A DNA stretch of 63,733 nucleotides, filler included, from Calcarisporiella thermophila CBS 279.70 (lineage: Eukaryota > Fungi > Calcarisporiellomycota): NCBI RefSeq assembly GCF_041956535.1. It is 7 parts of 7 records of this genome, joined end to end, with 100 filler letters (N's around TTAATTAATTAA, not from the genome) between each part and the next. Parts side by side here need not be neighbours in the genome. Positions count along the whole stretch, not along the records: positions 1 to 14,726 come from NW_027192208.1; 6 more parts are not named here. One strand, 5' to 3'. The first letter of the stretch is position 1. Each line of letters begins with the position of its first letter. Shown piece after piece: positions 1 through 11,606 of the stretch. The notes under the pieces are model-generated. The model saw only the letters and a program-made list of their open reading frames with translations, did no database searches and was not told where the DNA came from. The position numbers were made by a program, and so were the translations under genes.

Positions 1-13
1 ATTAGCCCTCAAA

Positions 14-90
14 GATTTTGCTATAATTCTGGATTATAGCAAAATCCAGATTTGATTGGACCAATCTAAATAGATTGGTCCAATCAAATC
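14..90. repeat. Two adjacent perfect inverted repeats (hairpins)
   Basis: gattttgctataat(14-27)/attatagcaaaatc(33-46) and gatttgattggaccaatcta(49-68)/tagattggtccaatcaaatc(71-90). Confidence 0.9.
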
Positions 91-231
91 CCATAATTCT
101 TATTTCTATATTTCTGATTCTGTCTGATTTTTTGTGGAAACTCCCAGATAACCTCAGTATTTTCATTCTAATTTTCTCTCTCTTACTGAAAATCTTTTGA
201 TATGCTTCGATATACAGATTGTAAAACCATC

Positions 232-1076
232 ATGAGTGAATGTGAAGAAGCAGCTCGAGTATATTATGAGTGCATGACTACTGATAAATATGGACAAACG
301 TATCTCGATCCTGCTAAATGCGAGGCCCATAATTTTGATCCAATAAGGTAAGTAGGTTGATGATGTGATCCATGATACAGATAACGTATCCTATTACAGG
401 GTCTGTAAAGAGCAATATCTGAGACACAGACTAATATCTAAGTATTGCGATGATATTGGCAATATGTATGATTGGCCTGAATCAGATAAATTGATAGTAT
501 CACTCATGTGAGTAGGCGATGTATCATATACAATTGTTATAAGGAAAACAGAAGTCATTTTGTCTCTTTAGACCGGATAAATATAAGAAATACCAAACCA
601 GGCGCTCTTCAGGAGCCTCCTATATTCCGAAGCAAGCTCATAAGCGTGTTGAAAAGCGATCGGAAAACGTAAGGAATTCAAGATTTTTGAAGCTAATGAC
701 TGCCTACTCTCTGCTACAATTCTCTGCAGAAGCTTATTTCCTCGGTTTCCAAAGCAACTCAACGGATCCTTCCAAAAAAAGTCCAAAAGCGTACTGAAAA
801 GCAGTCAAAAAGTGTAAATAATGCATATTTAACGCCGAGTTTCGGTGTCATGACTTCTTAAGCACCATTTTACTACTCTTGCAGGAGCCCATTTCAATGC
901 TTTGTAAGGCTGCCCAACTCGTCGGACGTGATGTTAAGATCGGTGATACCTATGCTAAAGTGGTTACTCACAAAATGACAGAGCATTCTGTCATGTTAGA
1001 GGTGAAGGAAGACGTAGAGGAGGATGTGTGGGATCAATATGATATTGAGTATAATACAGATATGGAACCGCTTTGA
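232..1076 (+). CDS. Hypothetical multi-exon protein, Cys-containing N-terminus and acidic C-terminus
   Basis: ATG at 232 (MSECEEAARVYYEC...); GT-AG introns with gtaagt/gtgagt/gtaagg donors join open exons into ORF 879-1076; no family recognised. Confidence 0.4.
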
Positions 1077-1829
1077 GCTTTTTTAAGCAAGTGCAGAAAA
1101 TACTCAATACTCAATACTCAATGCTTATTAACATTAGGCAAAAGTAGGAAAATAAATACATCAATCCATTCTATCGCATGCAAAGAGCATATATAAATCA
1201 GCCCGAAAATTGTTCATTTATTTCAATCAATGGAAACTTTGTTATAGTAAATAATTCTCAAGTATTACAAAGAGGTAGTTTCAGTTGGCAAAAGTATGGA
1301 AGGTTCATGCTAAAAGCAAGTATTATTGGGGGGTAAATGGGATCCGATTCCACTTCAGTGAATTTGTAGAGCAACTTCTATCTAATCTACACTGTATGTC
1401 GCATGTGCAATATATTGTATATGCAATTTCCATAGACCAACCAGCCCCAAAGTTATCTAATTAGAGCGACCATCGCTTATTTGTCCAAACATAAAATATG
1501 TGTGTTCTTAGCGAGGAATTAGCCTTGGGAATTGGCACAAGAATCGGCATAATGTTAACTCGCAAAATTGACTGATATTCAAGTATTACTACTACTCCCT
1601 GTAAGAAAATTTATTTAGGCTCTGTGTAGTGTGTTTATCCTTAACTCTTCAAAACTTAGAACAAATATCTGGAAGCATGTTTCTATATATTTTTCGTATT
1701 GAGTACATCAAGAGCTACTGTATCTACTAATTATTTTAGTTAGAAATAATTCAACAACCTCAAGCCAGTATCCTAAATACGTAATATCTCGTCTATACAT
1801 TTATCTACTTACAGCTAACACATTAGCTC

Positions 1830-3832
1830 CTAGGCTGACCTCGTGAAGCCCAGCTTTTTCTTGCTTCCTCTGACAATGACCATAAAGGATCATAGTATTC
1901 ATGAACGGTTTCTCCTTTAACACCAGGAGCCACATAGCGAGATACACCATTGACTCGGTCATAACTCATATAAGTAGATGCAATCCGTTTACCTCCTCCT
2001 CCTGGCAGCTAAATTTAATAAAATTATCACGAATATTCGTGCTAACCATTAATAAAAACGTAAGTTCCATCTCTACAGAGTACCACTTACATCAATGACA
2101 AAATTTGGAGTGTAAAACCCAGAAGTTGTTCCGCGTATATTATGCTCTAGATTAAGTATTGTAGATAATGGTGTGCGTAGGTCTTCCACACCACGAACCA
2201 TGTCTCCTTGGTAAACATAATACTGTAATAGTGGGTTTAGTTCAATTGGTAACATTACATTTTAGTGCTCGCAACTAATCGACGTTTAACTTACTGGTTG
2301 AATGTTCATATTTCCGAGTTGTTTAATTAATGTTTTCATCGTTTCAACATCATCATTAATACCCTTGAGTAGCACAGTCTGATTTCTTACTGTTACTGCA
2401 TTTTCGAATAATACCTGCGCTGCCATTTTCGTCACCCATGTAATTTCATTAGGGTGGTTAAAGTGGGTATGAAGCGCTACATGCTTTCCCATTTTGCGTC
2501 CAGTGTTCACTACTTCAATTAATGCGGAGGTCCATGAATGATCAGTCAGCATCCTAGAGGGGCTTACAGCCATCCCTTTGGATGCAAAACGTAACCGCCG
2601 AATGTGTGGTATTGATAAGAGTTGGTGTCCTATTTCTGTAATGTGTTCTGGGTTAAGATAATACGAGTCGCCGCCAGAAACAACAATATCAATAAGCTGT
2701 GGTGTATTTCGAATGTATTCGAAAACTTTAGCCCATCGTCGACGGGCGGGAGCAAATGATTTTTTTGATGAGATAAGTTCAGTCGTACCCCCGACTGAGT
2801 AAGATCTCGTGCAGAAACGGCAATATACTGGACAAACACTCGTCGCTATATATAGAGAGAGCAGTAATTCAGATATATCAATGCATAAATCAAAAATATA
2901 AAAATATTGTAAGCATTCAATCCGATTCACCATAATGCTCAAAAATGAACTATAACATAAGGAAAATATAGAACTTACCCAAGAATAAAGCTTTATCAGG
3001 GTAACGGTGTACTAAACCAGGCACTGGCGAGTCGCGTTGTTCATGTAAACTGTCCAAGGACAGCATCGGGTGATCTGGCATTATTGTTGATTTAAGAGGC
3101 AAAAATTGTCGCCTCACCGGATCTTTGATAGGGTTTGCCCAATCAATTACTGAGAGAATATGAGGCGTCAAACGGACAGACATTGGAGCAAGATTCATGC
3201 CGGCCATAACATCATCTACAAAATCTTCTCGAGTCTGTAGGTGCTCAAATCCATTTTCCATGTTTTCAAACGTAGGAGGTAAAACAGCTTTAAGAAATTT
3301 CTCAAGTTTTTCTTTTCCTTGAACAGTTTCCGATAGCTATGATAGATTGAGATTAATTATAATTAAAATTAAAATTAAGATCTAGATTGATTTTCCTGTT
3401 AGATGAAAGGTTAGCGGCAGAAATGCATTTATATACCTGCCACCGGTAATCAAGAAATTGTCCAGCAGATAAATTAGCCCAAAAAGGTATTTTTTTCCAG
3501 TATTCATCTTTTGCTTTGATCGATTCGTTCTGTGCTGGTAGTGATGAATTTGTGACAATCGATATATCAATAGGAATTGGAGGAATCGATTCTATTTCTT
3601 TTTGCGCCGTCAGAGTGTGTTGTTCTTGAAATCTCTGAAGAAAAATAGCCCAGCGATGTAGAAGTTTAGTTGAACAACTCTTTACAGACTGAAATGGGCG
3701 TCGAGTGGAAAAATATTGCGAAGATTGAACGCAGGCTGTTAAGTTGATTTGTGAAAAGTTTCGAGTAGCCCGGAATAATAAACATTGTTTACTAGTTTGG
3801 ATACTTTGATTTAGGGATTTAAGGAATATCAT
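1830..3832 (-). CDS. kamA: Lysine 2,3-aminomutase-like radical SAM/PLP enzyme (KamA family), 5 exons, probable mitochondrial presequence
   Basis: Exons approx 3832-3437, 3336-2979, 2845-2295, 2222-2091, 2008-1830 splice in frame; HRYPDKALFL, CPVYCRFC (CxxxCxxC), SGGD, HFNHPNE, NQTVLLKGIND, YVYQGD, VIDLPGGGGK (PLP lysine). Confidence 0.92.
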
Positions 3833-4373
3833 TATGGTGCAATAGTATGAATATCGAGGGAAAGTGTCTCTAGATATTTATAAGACGAACAAAGAAAAGC
3901 TATTTGCAGAAACTCTAACGATTTTTTCCCAGAGAGATTCGATTTTAATTTATGGTACTCATCGTTAAGGTTAGATTTTCTTAATAATGGAAATTATACT
4001 AAATTATTGGAACGCCTGCGGAAAAATCACGTTATAGGGAACCAAATATTAAAGTTGAGGGAATTAGAATATCAGCTTCTCTAAACAAACTGCCTGCACC
4101 AGCCTATGAAATACTTTCTAAGCAGAGAGATACGCCAAAGGTATAATATTGAGACCAATCTGATGGATCAATCACATATGATGCAATATATAGTAGATTT
4201 ATAAGGTAAAATTAACAAGCTTGTTGTGAACATACCCACACAATCTTGTACACTATCTCAAAACTCAAATATATTATATAACAATACCAAGCATCAATTT
4301 CAACATTTTCTTATTAAACAAGCCATATTTTCTCAATCTTTTTTTATTTGCCAGTGATATTAAGACCACAATT

Positions 4374-5483
4374 ATGGAGGATATTGTTAACGCGTGGACG
4401 GAATGGGGAAAACTGGAAGAAGTTGTCGTCGGAAGGGCTGAAAACTCTTGCTTCATACAAGAAGAGCCTAATTTCAGGGGTTTTATAAATAATAAGCTCG
4501 TGGATATGACTATTCCATGGCCCGAAGGACGAAAAAAAGCTAGCATTATAGATAATGCGATTAGGCAGTTGAATTTTTTCGTAGAAACTCTAGAGGGCGA
4601 GGGTATACGTGTTCATCGGCCTGCTCCTGTTGATCACTATAAACCAGCCAGGACGCCGTCTTGGTCTACATACACCCAATATGGTACTACATGTCCCCGC
4701 GACTGCATGATAACAGTGGGAAATTGTGTTTTGGAAGCAACCATGTCCAAGCGAACTCGATATTTCGAACATCTTCCTTATCGTCATATTACCAGAGATT
4801 TGTGGAAGCGTGACAAAAATATGCAGTGGAAGGCAGCACCTAAACCTAGCATGGATGACGATTGTTTTAGGCCAGAATTCTGGGAGGAGCCCAAGCCCAA
4901 TAGTAAAAGAATCTATTCTTTGACCGAAAAAGAGCCCATTTTTGAAGCAGCTGACATGATCAAATGTGGGATGCACTTTTTCATCCTAGAGGGCCTGTCG
5001 ACAAACCAGGCGGGCATTGAATGGCTCCGTAGAGAATTTCCGAATATAATCTTCAACGAATGTAGATTTCACAATGAATTGTACCCGAATCACATTGATG
5101 CATCGCTTATTCCGCTTAGACCTCCATGTGATGGTGAAGGTGGCTTAGTACTCATGAACTCTGAAAGACCTCTGATGGAATCATATACTGATATTTGGAC
5201 AAGAAATGGATGGAAAATAATCAATGCCCCTGAGCCTGCAGATATTCCAGTCCCTATTTTCTCTCAATGTAGTAAGTGGCTGTCAATGAATATTCTCTCC
5301 TTGAGCGAAAACTGCGTTGTGATCGAGGAGAACGAGAAGAGTCTCTATAATCTATTGGACTCGTACGGATTTGACGTTATCACTGTTCCTTTCAGAGACG
5401 TGTATGAGTTCGGCGGTAGTCTTCACTGTACTACATGGGACATTAGGCGAAATGATTCGTGTATCGACTATTTTCCTAACTAG
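4374..5483 (+). CDS. Amidinotransferase (glycine/inosamine-phosphate amidinotransferase family), intronless, 369 aa
   Basis: VNAWTEWGKLEEVVVGR N-terminus, CPRD, FEAAD (Asp), HIDA (His), GGSLHCTTWD (Cys) catalytic triad. Confidence 0.92.
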   Translation: MEDIVNAWTEWGKLEEVVVGRAENSCFIQEEPNFRGFINNKLVDMTIPWPEGRKKASIIDNAIRQLNFFVETLEGEGIRVHRPAPVDHYKPARTPSWSTYTQYGTTCPRDCMITVGNCVLEATMSKRTRYFEHLPYRHITRDLWKRDKNMQWKAAPKPSMDDDCFRPEFWEEPKPNSKRIYSLTEKEPIFEAADMIKCGMHFFILEGLSTNQAGIEWLRREFPNIIFNECRFHNELYPNHIDASLIPLRPPCDGEGGLVLMNSERPLMESYTDIWTRNGWKIINAPEPADIPVPIFSQCSKWLSMNILSLSENCVVIEENEKSLYNLLDSYGFDVITVPFRDVYEFGGSLHCTTWDIRRNDSCIDYFPN

Positions 5484-6135
5484 ATTTTCTCCGGTTTACA
5501 AAAAAACTTTTTAAAAGCAAGTTTTGTAATCACTTAGTAATTTGAATAAAAAAAATTTTTAAGACGTTATTTAATACCACCGGATTCTATTTATATGTAA
5601 TCATTACTATTTATATCTATATTTTATCTACTGGCAAATTTATCTACAAGTACTAACAAAATCCAAGTAAACAATATATCCAAAGCCGGCTTTGCGTGTT
5701 ATGTATATGGTGTATAATGTATAATAGATTTACACCATATACATAATAATAATAGATTGCTGGTAAGTCCATTACTCTCTACTCTTTTCTAACATTTTGT
5801 TAACCAACGACATCTGAAGAATGAATTAATGTAGAAAATCTCAAAGTTGATCATAAATAGAATACCAAAAAATCAAGAATTAAAGTGATGCAAAATGCAT
5901 GCGATCATTTGATATGAGTATTGCATATATATTCCGGCTACTTAGGTAAAAATTATAGCGAATCAAAGAATCTATTTAATAAATCATTTTTGCATTTTGA
6001 CAACAAGCGATATTCAGGGTTCGATTCAGTTTCGGTTAAACCGTTGAATTGGAATGATATGATTGATACAGTCTATTTAAACAACGGGAAGCTTGAATTA
6101 TTATGAAGTTGAGAAGTTTACGTGATGAGCAATTT

Positions 6136-8594
6136 TTAAAATCGGCTGATGTCTCGTCCAAAAATCCAAGTTAAAAACCTGAAAAGGCAAATCTAGTTAT
6201 AAGCAGCTCTAATTATTGAATGAATAAATTAGAGTGACTTACCAGTACATTGGAATTAATGTCTTGTTTTTCCAGGATACGCTCATAGTAAAGTAAGCCG
6301 ATCTCCAGAATAGCCATGCTAACAAACCGGATTGTTTAGCCGTGCTGGTTCCATCGCCCAATTCAACAATAGCTAGAAACATATTAATAAACAGTAAGGA
6401 TACATGAGATAAAATGGGCAGATTATTAAATAATGTAGCTAAGGTTTATCAGCCATTAAAAAAGTAAATGATCTTACCACGCCAGCCTCCGATATAAGCT
6501 TGACTTCCCATGTGTTTGTAACTGAACGGCTGCACGAGTTCGCCATTGCCATCCTTAGCAATTTTATTCAGTGCTGTTAGATATATCCAATATTGAATGT
6601 TAGCAAGATATTGTTATAGATATTATATAAAATTGCTATAGGCTAAAAGATGCAAATTACCTTTACGAAGATATATGCCTTTTTGATTGGCTACCTGGGC
6701 GGTTGCAGGGAGATCATAATTTTTTATAGTGGCACAATCGCCAATTGCATAGCTATGTGTAAAGAATGAAAGAATGGTCAATATCAAATTCAATAATAAG
6801 AGCTAAGCTTTATCAATGCAATACAAACATATTTTCAATTGGTTTTTGACTAGCTACATCTATCACACGCAGCTTATCATCAGTCAGCAGACGCTGTCCG
6901 TTCCCTTTTGCCAAAGTCTCAAGGGTCTTTATTAGAGGGTTTTCTGTAAGTCCGGTGGCCCAAACGAGCATTCCATATGGCTCTATAGGGTTATTAGTAT
7001 TAATTTTAAGCTTGGTAGAAAGCACTGCCTAAAAATCAAAGTACCTTTGCCCTGGCCCTTGATGATGAGATTATCTTTATTCACCTCTTGAATCATCGCT
7101 CCTGTTAGGTCATTAGACTACTTGTTAAAAAACAGCTTCTCAGCGACCATTAAGCAACAATTCAATATTACCTGTTCTAATTTCAATGCCACGGCGGATG
7201 AACTTCTTGGTCGCATAATCGCTAAGTGATGAATCAAAGGACGAAAGAATTTTTGGCGCAATATCATAAACCGTTACTCGAACTTTATCCATAAGATTGG
7301 GGTAAAGATATGCCAAATCGTCTTTGATAAAATCGGTTAATTCTGCAGAGAATTCAACACCCTAAAATCATACAATGTACCAGAAAAAAGGGTTAGATAA
7401 AGACATAAAAGAGATCTGCTATACAATAATCCGTTACCGTTGGACCACCCCCCACAACTTGTGGTTATTTTTATTAGCAAGAAGTTAGCTTAGCTGTTAG
7501 GTCAAAGTTATACTATAAGCAATATTACCAGCAAAATGAAGTAGAGATTGTTGCCTCTCATTGCTAATGCCTGGTTGAGATGCCATTTCAAAACCTGCAA
7601 TATCAACATATAAAGAATGAGATCATATATCGATTTCATACCATCAGGTTATAAATAGCATTGCAAACGTACACTCTATAACTCTTGCGCGAATTTTTTG
7701 AGCATCTTTAATTTCTTTCAAAAATAATCCGTGTTCCATTACGCCAGGAATGTTGAAAGTATTTGATTTTGCCCCTACAGCGATCACTAATTTATCATAG
7801 GACAGCCGAAACTCCTCATTTTTATCCGAAAGGTTGCTTTTGCAAACTAGTTCTCGCTTATCCATGTCTATAAAAGAGAGGTGGCGAAATCAGCAAATAG
7901 AGATTATAGTTGGTCGGCGGAAAGTAATGCTCACCGATCTTTTCACAGAAAGCTTCATAAACAGCAGCATGTTTGGCGTGACTTTTTACTGGTTCGACTA
8001 TGGAACGAAATTCAAGTGTTCCCACTGAGGTACTTGCCAACAATGGCGTGAACACGAAATAATTTCGAGGCGAAATGATGGTAACATCGTATAGGTTCTT
8101 ATTTATTCCCTTGATAAGTTTAAAACCTAATGGAGAATTTAATCGAGAGTTAATCCAGAAGTTTATCATAGCAATTACACAGATTGAATTTATTTCATAT
8201 CATACCTGCCCAACCTGACCCAAGGATAACGAGGCGCTCTTGTATCAAAATGCACCAAAAAAAATGGGTGTTAATATTTTAAATAATCCATTCAAACTAA
8301 GAAGTACCTTTTTTATTTTTGGTGGGATTTTGTAAGGTTGAGGATATCGATGACACGGCCCGATCTATTGAGAAATTCCGCGCTTTAGGAAAAGAATTCC
8401 TCAGAATAAACGAAACTAAATAATGCGTGATTATACGTTAGCAGATTCAAATTAGAACTAACAATACAACGTTCAAATTAATAATATTGTCCGTGTACAA
8501 AATAAAATCGCAAAATAATTAAGAAACGGTGAATTTTGCATTTAAAACTAGAAATTATATTACCCTTAGGAGTTCGAAAATACACAAAATTCAT
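6136..8594 (-). CDS. Type II (alternative) NADH:ubiquinone oxidoreductase, multi-exon
   Basis: [69 protein letters not shown]-terminal WRSAYF...[10 protein letters not shown]; many short GT-AG introns; start codon approximate. Confidence 0.9.
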
Positions 8595-9299
8595 ATCTTT
8601 ATACTTCGCACGGATTCAATGAAAATCGCCCAAACACTCCCATATATATAAAATGTGACTGCCTAAACGATTCCTAAATTCGCCGTTCATGTAGTCATAT
8701 CTCGGAAATAGGTTAACTTCCGATTATGACCACTGATCGATATTCGTGATGTACGAGGTAAATAGTATCAGATAAACTTTGAAGTCTGACAGCTTAGAAA
8801 GAGAACCAATTGAACCATCCCCGCTATTCAATCCTTCCTATTTCATGTACAGACTATAATTATTTATCATCATTCTGTATAATAGAGTTCTCCTTTGTTA
8901 GTAATCTAAACAAAATATAAAATCATCACAAGTGGGTGCAAGAGCAAGGATCATAATGTTATTGCAAACATTTTGGATATTAGTCAAATGTCGAGCCACA
9001 ATAGTTCTTTTTCATTCTTAAATAGCTGTTCCTCTTTTTTAAATTATCCGCGGAATATATTATTATCCACCTGCTTTCTTTTGATATATGCTCAATGATA
9101 CGAAATATTAGAGCATACCGTAATTGAATTAGCGACAATCTTCTTTGATATTTATTATTTATCTTCAATTTCACTCGAGACAATTGAATCATTATAATGA
9201 GGTGTAAGATCTTCATTGTATGCCAAATCGTTCATTTTATATCTACTCATATCAAAAACCAGAGCATTCAAAGCAACAAATTGAATAATATAAACAATA

Positions 9300-10200
9300 C
9301 TCTTTTTCAATTATGTAAATAATAGGCTTTTATCATGCGTTTTCATATCTTCAATACAATTCGTGGTCTTGTTTAGTTTTCCAAGTCTGGTCGGATTCTC
9401 TTCGTCAAACTCTAAAGTAACTTTGTGAAGTAAAATACCTCAAAAATTGCATGAGGTATTATTATTTTAGCGATTCCAAAATGCAAAACCTTCTGTCATT
9501 ATAAGAGCAATTTGTATCACCATTCTCCAACATACTAGAGAATACCCATTGCTGACACTGCTTTCGAGAAATATTCATTTATCTCAGAAATACCACGGTT
9601 TCAACCTTTATTCTCTCTCTCTTCTGACTCATTCTAACAATAGGATAAGATTTAGAATTAATTAAGTACCAATAGATCACCTTTTAGTATACTCAATTTA
9701 ATAATAACCTAATTCTGGCCTAGCATCGTGTTCATACAATCATCTAGATCGAATAACTTCCAACCGATATTCATGTTTATCTCACAAATTGTGTTGTTGC
9801 ATTATCGCTGGGTTACCTGCTCCTCAAACATCCCATTACTTAACCCTATAGACGCTAACCTAAGGCCAATCAAGCGCCTTAGTCCATTTTGGCTTGGTAC
9901 CACCACTCGACAAGTTTTGTTTGGGCTTGAGGTTTATTTTCAACATAGTAGAAGAATTTGCATATGTGATTTATTGATTTCTTGATGAGCTAGTAGGATT
10001 ATTCTCTCCATCCTGTTGTATTTTTGATACAGTATCTCTGCTGGTGCTATCACGAGCAGCAATATTGCGTACGGATAACCCTCTTTGAGAAGGACAGATT
10101 TACGGGCGTGTTGAATAGGTGCGGTGAGAAATACAACATTATGATGAATATGAGCGAGGTTGACAGAATACTTCAAAAGGCTTCTAAATCATAAATGTGC
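9300..10200 (-). pseudogene. Highly degenerate non-LTR retrotransposon RT relic
   Basis: ORF 9940-10176 text (KSVLLKEGYPYAILLLVIAPAEIL) loosely resembles the RT GxxQGxPLSPLLF region; stops and frameshifts nearby; boundaries uncertain. Confidence 0.3.
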
Positions 10201-11162
10201 TTTTTTGCTAGTTCTTTAACGTACAAAAATACAAAAGCATCCCACCAAAACGTTTTAAAATATCTTTCCCCTCGAGAAGCTACAAACATAATACCCCTTG
10301 ACGGGTATGGTATAGCAACTGGTATTGTAAGTTTTTACAAAATATACAACCTATTTTTGTAATGGTAAACTTTCAAGTGATAGGGCCCATTTTATTAGGT
10401 ATGAGGGATGTCACGAAGCTTTGCACGTTACATCGAAAAAGGTTTAGATTCTGCTTAAACTAAATGTTGTCTTGCACATGCTGAATTGAACACATATCAA
10501 TATTAGTGTACTATGAGACCAAGTCTAGCTTGAGCCTAGGTTACATGACGATTATACCAAGGTTGAAGATAATCAACTGTTTTCTTGCGGTTAGTCATTT
10601 TCAAAAAAAAATAAAATCAATAACTATAAAATAAAAAAGGTCATACGTCACTTTACATTAATAATAGGTTAGATCAGCTTTGTGCTAATTAATAGTTACA
10701 CTCGGGCAAAAATAAAATTCCCCTCCATATTGTTTCTTTATTGGAGGAAGGAGTGAAAATGGCATCGAAATTTTATCTTGTCACTTTTTATAAAAGCCGT
10801 CATTTAATAATACTTTGAGTTTATAAGCCACCATTTGCGATTTAAGTTTAATCCTTTCATAAATACTTTTGATTGGTTTAAACTTATTGACTCATATTTC
10901 AAATTATATTCAATTCTGAATGTTGTATGAGGCGAAGTTGAAAAGCAATGACCAAATTTATCCTAAACTCTTGCAAAAACCGAGCGATTCCTCGGTGGGA
11001 TTAAGCTTATTCGATTACACCAACTAATTATAATATTTGTGATTCATATTCTAACGGTCTTACACTATATTTTAAACATACAAACCATCTAAATATATAA
11101 AGGCCTGTTTTTCCTTTGAAATTTACTACCAAGAGATTATCCAATTTTCCCAAATACCCAGA

Positions 11163-11516
11163 ATGAAGTTTACTTACGTGTATTTGTTGATATTGGGGTT
11201 GATAAGCACTTGCTACGCATGGTCATTTGACGCTTATTCGGTGGTTAATTATGGTGGGAAGAAATGTCACCTAGGCAGCAAGGCTGGCGCACTAGGATGC
11301 TACAACCTATGTAAAAGTGATAATATGGTCGGGTCGTTCAAGTTTAAAGCACCCAAAGCTTGTATTGTCAGGATTTACAGAGGAACTGACTGTAAAGGTG
11401 AGAAGCTAGGAGAATCGAACGGATCTTGGAACAAACCTGTGACGTCATATGATGGAGGCCACATGAAAAGCATCAGCATCAACGGTTTTGTAGGTTCAGA
11501 TTGTTCAGATTATTAA
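11163..11516 (+). CDS. Small secreted Cys-rich protein, beta/gamma-crystallin-like
   Basis: Signal peptide MKFTYVYLLILGLISTCYA; 6 Cys in mature part; YSVVNYGG / SFK / YRGTDCKG / KSISI pattern of Greek-key repeats; TATA-like tatataa at about 11094. Confidence 0.7.
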   Translation: MKFTYVYLLILGLISTCYAWSFDAYSVVNYGGKKCHLGSKAGALGCYNLCKSDNMVGSFKFKAPKACIVRIYRGTDCKGEKLGESNGSWNKPVTSYDGGHMKSISINGFVGSDCSDY

Positions 11517-11606
11517 ACTTGTATGAATGAATATAGCCTATTATTAAATACATATAATAATTCTTAAAACTTACGAATTCTTCTTTGTCGTCAACCCTGA
11601 CTGTTT

